A DNA stretch of 59,859 nt. It comes from a virus (Duplodnaviria > Caudoviricetes). The notes under the pieces were generated by a model, which was given only the letters and a program-made list of their open reading frames with translations, searched no databases and was not told the origin of the DNA. The stretch is from the IMG/VR virus record IMGVR_UViG_3300028638_000013, positions 1 to 59,859 of that record. One strand, written 5' to 3'. The position numbers were made by a program, and so were the translations under genes. Below, in pieces: positions 19,680-28,939 of the stretch (position 1 is the first letter of the stretch; each line of letters opens with the position of its first letter).

Positions 19680-19856
19680 TACATTCACACACTTTGATTT
19701 AGTGAAAGAAATTTGAAAAAAAGTCGAAATTTACATGAAAATATTACCATGTTAATATGTTATTGTGGACCATCACGTAAATGCCCCTAACGCCCATCAC
19801 CACCGAAGACCGAAGTCGCCCAACTTCGGTCTTTATTTTTGACAGGAGGGAAAGGA

Positions 19857-21437
19857 ATGTCAAAGAAAAAAGGCGGGGCGGGATTCAATCCAAAACTACC
19901 GACAACTGAAGCAGTAGCCAGAGCACACACCGGGGCAATCCCGGTATTTTGCTCTCATGACGAGATTGTCGAAATTGGCAAGATGATCCCGAACCCACAA
20001 AACCCGAATCAACACCCGGACGATCAGATCAAACTGCTCGCCCAAATCATCAAAGGACAAGGATGGAGAGCGCCGATCACCGTCTCGAACCGGTCAGGAT
20101 TCATCGTCAAAGGCCATGGCCGACTCGCAGCCGCGCGATTCCTTGGACTCGAAACCGTCCCGGTGGATTTCCAAAACTACGCGACAGAGGCAGAAGAATT
20201 CGCTGATATGATCGCGGACAACCGACTGAGCGAACTTTCAGAGATCAACAATGCGCAGCTTATGGATTTGATCGCAGAAATGGATTCTGGCGAATTGCCG
20301 CTGATTTATACCGGTTATACAGAAGACGATCTGGAATCCATTCTCGCAGCCCTCGCAGGAGCGGACGACGCGGAGAACAGCGGAGAAGACGATGTACCGG
20401 AAATACCGATTATCCCCATGAGTCAGCCCGGCGACCTCTGGTATTGCGGCCCACACAAAGTCCTGTGCGGCAGCGCCACAGATAAAATAGACGTCGATCG
20501 CATCATGGACGGAGAAAAAGCACGATGCGTACATACAGACCCGCCATACGGGGTAAGCTACGAAACCCAGAGCGGGAAATTCGAAATGCTAAAAAATGAC
20601 AATTTAACAGGTGACGATTTAGTAAATACGCTGCTCCTTCCGGCATTTCGGCATTACGTCGAACATACCGTCGAGGATGCAGCGTTTTATATTTGGCACG
20701 CCAGCGCAACACGAGACGATTTCAAATACGCCATGACAAAAGCGGGCATTGACGAAACACAATACCTCATCTGGGTGAAGAACGGCATATCGCTCGGCAG
20801 GAGCGACTACCAATGGGCGCACGAACCGTGCTTTTACGGCGGTAAGAATGGTATAAGCCCGGCATTCTTCGGAGACAGAGCGCAGCATACCGTCCTCAGA
20901 GCAACACTCAAAAGCAGAAACGGCATGGAAACCTCGCTCGGGAGTGGCCTCGTCCTCACAGACGGCGCAGGTAACAAAGTGTTCATGGCTGATAAACCGC
21001 CAAAGAATAAAAAGGTCCGATATATTCGGATGGACGAAGGACAGGACATAACCATCGCCACAGAGAACAAACATTCTACCATCTGGGAGATCAGTCGAGA
21101 GACAGGAACAGAGCATCCGACACAGAAACCCGTCGAGCTCACCCGACGCGCCATAGAAAATAGCACAGAACCGGGCGACCTCGTCCTCGATTTCTTCGGC
21201 GGGTCCGGATCAACCCTCATCGGGGCAGAACTGACCAGCAGAAGATGCAACACCATCGAACTGGACCCTCAATATGTCGACGTCATCGTCCATCGGTATG
21301 TTAGAGCCACGAAGAACTCCAGCGTGATGTGCGAACGAAACGGACAGAGAATACCATACGCTCAACTCGCAGCAGAAGCTTTCAAACTGAACGAGGAGGC
21401 GCGTGCCAAGGCAGGTGTGATTGATGGTAAGGAATGA
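19857..21437 (+). CDS. ParB-like domain + N4/N6 DNA methyltransferase
   Basis: NPNQHP, KGHGRL, IADNRL (ParB-like); TDPPY; HPTQKP; DFFGGSGST. Confidence 0.92.
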   Translation: MSKKKGGAGFNPKLPTTEAVARAHTGAIPVFCSHDEIVEIGKMIPNPQNPNQHPDDQIKLLAQIIKGQGWRAPITVSNRSGFIVKGHGRLAAARFLGLETVPVDFQNYATEAEEFADMIADNRLSELSEINNAQLMDLIAEMDSGELPLIYTGYTEDDLESILAALAGADDAENSGEDDVPEIPIIPMSQPGDLWYCGPHKVLCGSATDKIDVDRIMDGEKARCVHTDPPYGVSYETQSGKFEMLKNDNLTGDDLVNTLLLPAFRHYVEHTVEDAAFYIWHASATRDDFKYAMTKAGIDETQYLIWVKNGISLGRSDYQWAHEPCFYGGKNGISPAFFGDRAQHTVLRATLKSRNGMETSLGSGLVLTDGAGNKVFMADKPPKNKKVRYIRMDEGQDITIATENKHSTIWEISRETGTEHPTQKPVELTRRAIENSTEPGDLVLDFFGGSGSTLIGAELTSRRCNTIELDPQYVDVIVHRYVRATKNSSVMCERNGQRIPYAQLAAEAFKLNEEARAKAGVIDGKE

Positions 21438-21939
21438 GGATCAGGACACAACGCCATGGGATAGGCAACCCGGAGAGTCAATGAAAGCCTTTGAAGCATT
21501 CGCGGCATATCGCGACATGGGCTCCGAACGCAGTACGCGAAAGGTAGCTCGCCACTTAGGCAAGAGTACAGCTTTAATCAATCGATGGAGCTCGGACAAG
21601 TCGTGGGTGGCTCGCGTCAGTAAATACGACGAATATCTCATCGAGGAAGAGCGCAAGCTCAACGAAAAAGAACGATTCGACATGAGGAAGCGCCATGCGT
21701 CACTCGCAACCCAACTGCTCGCCAAAGCAGCCAAAGCACTCCTCAAATTGCCGGAGGAAGAGATTAAAGCAAGCGATATTGCTCGCATGGTTGACACCGG
21801 CGTTAAGATTGAGAGACTCAGTCGAGGAGAGAGCACAGAAAACGTAGACGGGAAAGTAGAAGTCACCGGAAAAGACGGTGGACCGATCGAAAGCAAGGTC
21901 GTGTTCTATATTCCTGACAACGGTCGTGATCAGAAATGA
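21424..21939 (+). CDS. terS: Terminase small subunit
   Basis: PWDRQPGES, HTH, TGKDGGPI tail; directly upstream of terL. Confidence 0.8.
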   Translation: MVRNEDQDTTPWDRQPGESMKAFEAFAAYRDMGSERSTRKVARHLGKSTALINRWSSDKSWVARVSKYDEYLIEEERKLNEKERFDMRKRHASLATQLLAKAAKALLKLPEEEIKASDIARMVDTGVKIERLSRGESTENVDGKVEVTGKDGGPIESKVVFYIPDNGRDQK

Positions 21940-23339
21940 CAAAGATCGCTCCGCAGCGCGGCCCACAAGAAGCGTTTCTGTCCTCGCCAGCGGACATCTG
22001 CATCTACGGCGGCGCTGCAGGCGGCGGGAAGTCCTATGCATTGCTCATGGAGCCTTTGAGACACATCGATATACCTAGCTTTGGTTTTGTGTGTTTCAGA
22101 CGAACCATGAACCAGATTACCAATGAAGGCGGCCTCTGGGATACATCAATGCTGATCTATCCATACACCGGCGCTAGGCCACGGAAGTCTCCGACACTTC
22201 AATGGATTTACCCAAGTGGCGCAAAAGGCTCATTCGCGCACCTTCAGTACGATGCGGATGTACTAGGTTGGCAAGGAAGCCAGATCACGCTGATCATGTT
22301 TGACGAGTTGACGCACTTCACGAAAAGCCAATTCTTCTACATGTTGTCCCGGAACCGATCTACATGCGGAGTCAAACCTTACATCAGAGCCACCACAAAC
22401 CCGGACGCAGATTCGTGGGTCGCTGAATTTATATCATGGTGGATTGATCAGAACACCGGGTACCCAATTCCAGAGAGGGCCGGTGCGATTCGATTCTTCA
22501 TCAGGATAAATGATAAGATTTATTGGGCTGATTCGAGAGACGAACTCATGGCCCAATTTCCGGAGACGGGACCAGACGACGCCAAAAGTGTAACGTTTAT
22601 CCCATCGTCGATATTTGATAACAAAGAGCTTCTCGAAAAGGACCCGGGATACCTAGCCAACCTAAAGTCTCTACCGACCGTTGAACGCGAACGCCTTCTG
22701 GGCGGAAACTGGAAGATAAGACCGGCGGCAGGGCTTTACTTTAAGCGCGGCGATGCAGTTATGGTCGAAGAGCTTCCGACAGATATTGTACAGTGGGTAA
22801 GACGCTGGGACTTGGCAGCCACCGCACCATCAGAAAACAACCCGACACCAGACTGGACGGCGGGAATGCTCATGGGGAAGCGTAAAAACGGGAGATTTGT
22901 CATAGCGGATCTGATTCACGTTCGACAGAACGCCGCTGACGTGCGAGCGATGGTCAAGAATACCGCCATTGCCGACAAAGCCAGATTTAAACGCGTAAAA
23001 ACCGTTCTGCCGATCGACCCAGGTCAGGCGGGAAAAGACCAATATCAAAGCTACGCTACCATGCTTTCGGGCTTCACGGTGGCTGGTGAGCGCGAAACAG
23101 GCGACAAGGTAACCAGAGCAGAACCGTTCGCCGCACAATGGCAGGCAGGCAACATAGATGTCCTGATAGCACCATGGAACGCGGATCTATTCAGCGAACT
23201 GGAAGGCTTCCCAGATTTGAAGTTTGACGATATCGTCGACGCGGGGTCGGGAGCATTTAACGCGCTGCAGGGCACTGTTGCAACAGGAACACCGCCAAAA
23301 GAATCAGGTTTGAACAGAGCAAGCTACTGGAAACGATAG
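21936..23339 (+). CDS. terL: Terminase large subunit
   Basis: YGGAAGGGKS, MFDELTHF, ATTNP, RWDLAA, DDIVDA. Confidence 0.96.
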   Translation: MTKIAPQRGPQEAFLSSPADICIYGGAAGGGKSYALLMEPLRHIDIPSFGFVCFRRTMNQITNEGGLWDTSMLIYPYTGARPRKSPTLQWIYPSGAKGSFAHLQYDADVLGWQGSQITLIMFDELTHFTKSQFFYMLSRNRSTCGVKPYIRATTNPDADSWVAEFISWWIDQNTGYPIPERAGAIRFFIRINDKIYWADSRDELMAQFPETGPDDAKSVTFIPSSIFDNKELLEKDPGYLANLKSLPTVERERLLGGNWKIRPAAGLYFKRGDAVMVEELPTDIVQWVRRWDLAATAPSENNPTPDWTAGMLMGKRKNGRFVIADLIHVRQNAADVRAMVKNTAIADKARFKRVKTVLPIDPGQAGKDQYQSYATMLSGFTVAGERETGDKVTRAEPFAAQWQAGNIDVLIAPWNADLFSELEGFPDLKFDDIVDAGSGAFNALQGTVATGTPPKESGLNRASYWKR

Positions 23340-23353
23340 CAGGAGGTAAACCC

Positions 23354-23845
23354 ATGGAACCGCAAAGATACATCGGGACAAAGATCATCGAAGCCACACC
23401 AATGAATCGCGGGGAATACAATCAACTGAGAGGCTGGACTGTTCCTCCAGATGAAGATCCGCGAGACGAAGGTCAACTGATTTCGTACGCAGGAGGATTT
23501 ATCCAGTGGATACCCAACGAAGTGTTTGAAAAAGAATACCAAACACTCGATAAAATGACTTTCGGTCAGGCGCTTGAAGCTTTGAAAATGGGGCACAAAG
23601 TCGCCAGAACCGGATGGAACGGCAAAAACATGTGGATTGTTCTCATGCCGGAGTTAAATCTTCCGCCACATTCTTCTCAAAGCCCAGGTGCCAAGGTGAA
23701 CGACAGAACAGCAAAACACATCGGAGTTGACACAGCGCTACATAGTCAGCCGTATATCGCCATGTGGACCGCACAAGGCAAATGGCAACCGGGATGGCTC
23801 GCCAGCCAAAACGATATGCTCGCTGATGATTGGCGAGTCCTCTAA
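23354..23845 (+). CDS. DUF2829 / Tad2-like protein with extra N-terminal domain
   Basis: MTFGQALEALKMGHKVARTGWNGK...GWLASQNDMLADDW. Confidence 0.8.
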   Translation: MEPQRYIGTKIIEATPMNRGEYNQLRGWTVPPDEDPRDEGQLISYAGGFIQWIPNEVFEKEYQTLDKMTFGQALEALKMGHKVARTGWNGKNMWIVLMPELNLPPHSSQSPGAKVNDRTAKHIGVDTALHSQPYIAMWTAQGKWQPGWLASQNDMLADDWRVL

Positions 23846-23849
23846 CAGC

Positions 23850-24100
23850 CATCCAGCGCTTCGGCGTTTGATGTGATAAACAAGGCCCGTGCAACTCGGT
23901 GCACCCCAACGCTCTGTGTGCCGAACACGGGCCGCGCCGATGGCGCAATAGCTTTCGGCCTCCTTTTAGCCCCAGCCTGCTTATTTCCCCGGCAGGCGGG
24001 GCATTTTACATGCTGGTGCGGGCGCACGCGTCGGTTCAATTCCGGCGACCAGCAGGGACTTTCCCTCCCTTTCGCCCGGCGATCCCACGTCGCCGGGACT
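23850..24100 (+). ncRNA. Candidate structured non-coding RNA with tRNA-like element
   Basis: GC-rich gap with six stem-loops, including a cUUCGg tetraloop and a T-arm/acceptor-like element at 24011-24054. Confidence 0.55.
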
Positions 24101-24125
24101 CTTAAAAAAACAGGTAGGTGACACG

Positions 24126-25490
24126 ATGAACCACATGCGCGAACTCGGTCGTATTGGACAAAAGCGCTACGGCGGCTTTTTCCATGAAGAAATTCTGAAA
24201 GAACTACAAGGTCGCAAAGGCGTCGAGGTTTACAGAGAAATGAGCGAAAACGACGATGTGGTCGGAGCCTGCCTGTATGCCATAGAAACACTACTCAAGC
24301 AGGCCAGCTGGATCATTAAACCAGCATCAACAAAGCCTAAAGATGTCGAGGCAGCAGAATTTATCGAAAGCTGCATGGATGACATGAGCGAAAGCTGGAT
24401 TGACACCATGAGCGAAATCCTTTCTTTCCTCACCTTTGGATGGTCATACCACGAAATCGTGTACAAACGTCGCGGCGGAGAAAACGCCGACGAGCGTATG
24501 AGATCAAAGCATAGTGATGGCCTGATCGGGTGGAAGAAGATCCCGATTCGTGCGCAGGAAACCCTGTATGAATGGGTCTACGATCCGAACAGCGACGATC
24601 TCAAAGCTATGACGCAGATGGCAGCACCGGAATTCACGCTGTCCACGATTCCGATTGAAAAAGCCCTTCACTTCAGAACAAAGAGTAGAAAAAACAATCC
24701 GGAAGGACGCAGTGTTCTCAGAAACGCGTATCGATCATGGTATTTCAAGAAAAAGATTCAGGAGATCGAGGGCATAGGCATCGAACGCGATCTCGCCGGA
24801 TACCCAGTGCTGACACCGCCGGACGGGCTTGATATCTGGAACGCTGACGATCCGGATATGGTAGAAATTCTGGCCAGCGCAGAAAAAATGGTCAGATCAA
24901 TCCGACGAGACGAACTCGAGGGACTGGTCAAACCTTTTGGATGGGATTTTACGCTATTATCATCCGGGGGAAGGCGTTCGTTTGATACCAGCGCCATCAT
25001 CCAGCGATATGACAGCCGGATCGCTCAAACCATGCTCGCAGACTTTATTCTGATCGGGCATTCCAACGTTGGCAGCTTCGCACTCTCAAGCGACAAAACA
25101 GACATGTTCTCGCTGGCCATCGGTGGGTACCTCAAAACAATTCAGCAGGCATTCAACAATCAGGCAATACCTCGCTTGATTGAGCTTAATAAAGAACATT
25201 TTTCAGGCATTACCGGCTTTCCGGAAATGCAGCATGGCGACGTCGAAACACCCAACCTCTCCGAAATATCGACGTTTATTAAAGATATGACGGGTATCGG
25301 ATTGCTTGTGCCGGACGACGAGCTTGAAAAGTACATCAGACAAGTAGGACACCTACCAGAGAAGGTCGAGGGTGAAACACAACGCCAGAAGCCACAGGAA
25401 GCCCCAGAGGACGAGAACGACGACGAGGACGACAAACAGGTCGCGGAGACGGCAAAACGCATCCTAAAACGAATCAGGAACGGTGAGTAA
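24126..25490 (+). CDS. Portal protein (DUF935/Mu gp29-like)
   Basis: Position and size; NPEGRSVLRNAY, IGIERDLAG, GSFALS. Confidence 0.9.
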   Translation: MNHMRELGRIGQKRYGGFFHEEILKELQGRKGVEVYREMSENDDVVGACLYAIETLLKQASWIIKPASTKPKDVEAAEFIESCMDDMSESWIDTMSEILSFLTFGWSYHEIVYKRRGGENADERMRSKHSDGLIGWKKIPIRAQETLYEWVYDPNSDDLKAMTQMAAPEFTLSTIPIEKALHFRTKSRKNNPEGRSVLRNAYRSWYFKKKIQEIEGIGIERDLAGYPVLTPPDGLDIWNADDPDMVEILASAEKMVRSIRRDELEGLVKPFGWDFTLLSSGGRRSFDTSAIIQRYDSRIAQTMLADFILIGHSNVGSFALSSDKTDMFSLAIGGYLKTIQQAFNNQAIPRLIELNKEHFSGITGFPEMQHGDVETPNLSEISTFIKDMTGIGLLVPDDELEKYIRQVGHLPEKVEGETQRQKPQEAPEDENDDEDDKQVAETAKRILKRIRNGE

Positions 25491-26325
25491 CATGGACGCG
25501 CTAGGGGCATTGAGGACATACCTTGACCGTAAAGAACCGCAGCTGATACGAGTCCTTGCTCGAACATGGAAAAATCAGCAGGACGCCATAACCTACGCTG
25601 AAATCCGTCAGATGATTTTAAGCGGTACCATCAGCGTCAGGTATCTTCTTGATTGGCAGCAGGACTACGCGCAGCTTCTGGCAGAAAAGATCATGCCGAT
25701 GCTTCACGAGTCGATCGCCTTTGCAGCAGCCACAACCATGGAGCGCTATGATTACCGGCTTGATTTCGCGATTGAACGCATGCAGGAGTACATAGAGCGG
25801 CACAGCGCCGAACTCGTCGTTCAGATCACGGATTCACAAATGGCCGGGCTGCAGGCCATCGTCACGAAAGCAGCGACGTTGGGTGATCTGTCAGTAGACG
25901 AAATGAGTCGAGTGATAAGGCCGACCGTCGGACTTTATCCACAGCAAAGTGTGGCTGTTGGGAATTACTATGCCACACTGAGACAAAAGCGATCAGCCAA
26001 AGACGCGCAGACGCTCGCGATCAATTACGCATCGCGCCTTCATCGGTACAGAGCCATGATGATTGCACGAACAGAGCTCGCGTTTGCTTATAATAACGGC
26101 AACGATCGAGCAATGAGGCAGGCTCAGAACGAGGGATTGATCGGAGATTATCGAAAAAAATGGGCAACCGCAGACGATGAGCGCGTGTGTGACAGGTGCG
26201 GACCACTGGACGGTGTCACCATCGGGAAAGACGAGTTGTTCATAGACTCAACCGGGCACGCCGTTCTTTTGCCGCCACTGCATCCACACTGCAGGTGTGC
26301 AGTCGAATACGTTTTAGAAGAGTGA
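25483..26325 (+). CDS. MuF/SPP1 gp7-type head morphogenesis protein (no C-terminal toxin)
   Basis: RAMMIARTE, KKW..ADDERVCDRC, PPLHPHCRC at the very C-terminus. Confidence 0.92.
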   Translation: MSNMDALGALRTYLDRKEPQLIRVLARTWKNQQDAITYAEIRQMILSGTISVRYLLDWQQDYAQLLAEKIMPMLHESIAFAAATTMERYDYRLDFAIERMQEYIERHSAELVVQITDSQMAGLQAIVTKAATLGDLSVDEMSRVIRPTVGLYPQQSVAVGNYYATLRQKRSAKDAQTLAINYASRLHRYRAMMIARTELAFAYNNGNDRAMRQAQNEGLIGDYRKKWATADDERVCDRCGPLDGVTIGKDELFIDSTGHAVLLPPLHPHCRCAVEYVLEE

Positions 26326-26386
26326 GCTGTTCGTGAATGAAAGATAATGTACAACATGTTCAGCACATGTCAGGAGAGTGACCGCC

Positions 26387-27304
26387 ATGGCCTTTCTGTT
26401 TAAAAGCATAGCTCCATTTCAGGATATCGAACCATCGAAATTTGAAAAAGCAAATCCCTACCACGACGAACGAGGTAGGTTTTCATCGGCAAATAGATCG
26501 CGAATTATTGTCCCTATGATGGATAAAGACTATGCAAAAGCGCCAGCCGGAGCGGATAACAGCTTCAATCAACACATCAACCCCAAAACGGGCCGCATTT
26601 CTGCCGAAAGGCGCAAGCTCTACGAAGACATCATCAGCAAACACCTAGACGCGGTAGAATCGAGTCCGAACCCAACCGTCGATTACATGGGCGGAGGTGG
26701 CGGTTCCGGCAAGACCTTCATGATCAATCAAGGCTACGCCGATGTACCGACAAAAGCATCAAGCAAGGCGGTTCACATCAACCCGGATGACATAAAGGAG
26801 ATGCTCCCGGAATACGACAAGATGAGATTCAGCGGAGACGACAACCAAGCCAAAAGAGCAGCCGGATATGTCCATGAAGAGTCCTCGCTTCTCGCGAAAG
26901 AGATCACCCGCAGAGCCATAGACAAAGGATGCAGCATCGTCATTGACGGTACCGGCTCCAATCCAAAGAAGATCGAGCAGCAAGTTGAAGCAGCACGCCA
27001 AAAGGGATACCAAATCAATGGCCACTACGTCAATACACCATTCGAAACCGCAATGTCAAACAATAAAAAGCGATTTGAAAACCCGGGGGAAAAGCGATGG
27101 GTGGACGAAGAAGTATTAAAGCACGCACATGTCAGCGTATCGAAAAACTTTGAAAGCGTTTTACCCTTGTTTGACAAGATGACATTGTACCACAACGATG
27201 GAAAATCAACGCCTGTAGTCATTGCTAATTACGAAAAAAATGGTATGCTTGAGGTGAGGGACAGCGCATTATATCAATCGTTCCTCGGCAAGGGGGCGTT
27301 GTAA
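26387..27304 (+). CDS. Effector 1: NPYHD leader + zeta-toxin-like P-loop kinase
   Basis: FEKANPYHDERGRF; MGGGGGSGKT, INPDDIK, VHEESS, IVIDGT. Confidence 0.85.
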   Translation: MAFLFKSIAPFQDIEPSKFEKANPYHDERGRFSSANRSRIIVPMMDKDYAKAPAGADNSFNQHINPKTGRISAERRKLYEDIISKHLDAVESSPNPTVDYMGGGGGSGKTFMINQGYADVPTKASSKAVHINPDDIKEMLPEYDKMRFSGDDNQAKRAAGYVHEESSLLAKEITRRAIDKGCSIVIDGTGSNPKKIEQQVEAARQKGYQINGHYVNTPFETAMSNNKKRFENPGEKRWVDEEVLKHAHVSVSKNFESVLPLFDKMTLYHNDGKSTPVVIANYEKNGMLEVRDSALYQSFLGKGAL

Positions 27305-27541
27305 ATGACTTTCAGAGAAGCAATAGGAGTACTCAGACCACGAATTCAGAACAAGCTGATCGATGCAGCGAATCAAAGAAAAAGAATCGAGGACGTGCCG
27401 GAAGCACAATCGGAAGCCGGTCGGGCATACTACCTCCACATTTTGAAATCACTGAAAGAGCGTCCGGGCAGCTGGATGCCGCCAGTCGAACTCGATGAAG
27501 ACGAGGTCGAAGAGATGCGAAGATTCGTCTTTGAAGACTAA
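27305..27541 (+). CDS. Small partner of effector 1 (putative immunity/antitoxin)
   Basis: Abuts toxin stop; acidic C-terminus; followed by terminator. Confidence 0.55.
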   Translation: MTFREAIGVLRPRIQNKLIDAANQRKRIEDVPEAQSEAGRAYYLHILKSLKERPGSWMPPVELDEDEVEEMRRFVFED

Positions 27542-27555
27542 TAACGATAAAAGCA

Positions 27556-27581
27556 AGCAGGCCAGAAATGGCCTGTTTTTT
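27556..27581 (+). terminator. Rho-independent terminator
   Basis: gcaggcca-gaaa-tggcctgt + T-run. Confidence 0.7.
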
Positions 27582-27604
27582 CATGTCCCAAAAGGAGGCC
27601 GCCT

Positions 27605-28381
27605 ATGGCATCGACATTCACAGAAATCATTGAGAAATACAATCCATACCACGATGCGCGTGGGCGGTTTTCAAGTCAGAACGGATCACAATCATATAGC
27701 GTGCCCAAAACAGGCACAACAAACACCAAACCAGCGCCTGGAACAATTATCGTACAACCCGGCGGTGCTAGACAGACCGCATTCGAAAGAAATTACAGAT
27801 TATACGAAGGTACGACAGAACAGATTGTTAAGGATCTAGAAGCAACAAAAAACGATCAGAGAACCAAATACAGGTTGACTGAGGATGAAGCCAAAGCCAT
27901 GGAGGACTACACCGACGACGCATACATCCCGATGAATAAGCATCTTAGGGGAGGGTACCACGTCGACGATGATCAGAAGAGACGCATTAATCTTTTAAAA
28001 AGCGCTGTAGATAAAAGCGTGTTGGAGGAAGATGTTGTTTTGCACAGGAAAATCGACCTTGATGCAGTAAGAGCGCTGACAAATCCAAAAGGCGCGGCCC
28101 CGACGGATGATGAACTTCAGCAATTGATCGGCAAGAATCTAAGCGATCAAGGCTTTTTGAGCACTACGGTACGGCCTGAATATCTCTTAGGTCAAAGTTA
28201 CGGTATCAAAATAAAGGCAGCATCTGGAGCCAAAGCTCTAGTCATTGATGGAGACTCACACTACAGATCAGAAGCAGAAGTGCTTCTGCCACCAAGCAGC
28301 AAATTAAAAATATCCAACATCGATATTAGAAAATCAAAATACGGCGAACGATTGGTCACATTTGAGTGTGAATATGATTAG
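27605..28381 (+). CDS. Effector 2: NPYHD leader + VIP2/C3-like ADP-ribosyltransferase
   Basis: IEKYNPYHDARGRF; YT...MNKHLR, VLHR (Arg), GFLSTT, SEAEVLLP (ExE). Confidence 0.88.
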   Translation: MASTFTEIIEKYNPYHDARGRFSSQNGSQSYSVPKTGTTNTKPAPGTIIVQPGGARQTAFERNYRLYEGTTEQIVKDLEATKNDQRTKYRLTEDEAKAMEDYTDDAYIPMNKHLRGGYHVDDDQKRRINLLKSAVDKSVLEEDVVLHRKIDLDAVRALTNPKGAAPTDDELQQLIGKNLSDQGFLSTTVRPEYLLGQSYGIKIKAASGAKALVIDGDSHYRSEAEVLLPPSSKLKISNIDIRKSKYGERLVTFECEYD

Positions 28382-28392
28382 GCGGTGGGAAC

Positions 28393-28923
28393 ATGGCAAA
28401 CGACATAAGGAACGACAGATTCACGACATTGGCCGGCGAGATGAAACTCGTCGATGCTGATAACGTTGTCAAAGGCGGCGAATTTAAGATCACCAAAGCC
28501 AACGAAGAAAAAATGCTCGCCTTTGGATGGGCCAACATCGCCATCCGAAAAGATGGGACTCAAATAGAAGACTGGCAAAAGGACATTGTGGACCCGGAAG
28601 AGCTTGAGAAGGCTGTATACAAATACGTCGAACTCCACCGGGACGGCGGAGAGATGCACGTCAGAGGTGGATCAGCCGTCATGATTGAGTCGGTCGTGTT
28701 CACCAAAGAGAAGATGAAGGCCATGGGCATACCAGAAGGCACTGTTCCTGAAGGCTGGTGGATTGGATTCAAGGTCACCGATCCGGAAGTCTGGGCGGCG
28801 GTGAAAGCCGGTAAATACCGCATGTTTTCTATCGAGGGTGAAGCCATCCGTCAGGAGGTCACAAAACGAAAACCGGGGCCGTCAAAGACGTTCGCGGAAA
28901 TCGTATCTGGCAGCATCAAATAA
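28393..28923 (+). CDS. XkdF-like prohead serine protease
   Basis: LAFGWA, ELEKA, GEMH, IESV, GWWIGFKV, MFSIEG. Confidence 0.85.
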   Translation: MANDIRNDRFTTLAGEMKLVDADNVVKGGEFKITKANEEKMLAFGWANIAIRKDGTQIEDWQKDIVDPEELEKAVYKYVELHRDGGEMHVRGGSAVMIESVVFTKEKMKAMGIPEGTVPEGWWIGFKVTDPEVWAAVKAGKYRMFSIEGEAIRQEVTKRKPGPSKTFAEIVSGSIK

Positions 28924-28939
28924 CAGGAGGCGGCAGACT

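Noticed and set aside
21936-23339. Intein or intron in terminase (also checked SbcCD, portal, capsid)
   Set aside because: Normal lengths, continuous motifs, no splicing or homing-endonuclease signatures.
24011-24054. Functional tRNA gene
   Set aside because: No D arm or anticodon arm; reported only as a tRNA-like element.
23873-24121. 82-aa and 68-aa ORFs in the terL-portal gap
   Set aside because: No good RBS; composition reflects GC-rich hairpins; RNA structure explains the region better.
26352-26370. caacatgttcagcacatgt resembling the att arm caacatg
   Set aside because: Only 7 bp match and wrong spacing for an att site; probably chance or an unrelated regulatory site.
28838-28939. Longer N-terminus given in ORF track for effector 3
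   Set aside because: Overlaps the protease gene; AGGAGG RBS supports ATG 28940.
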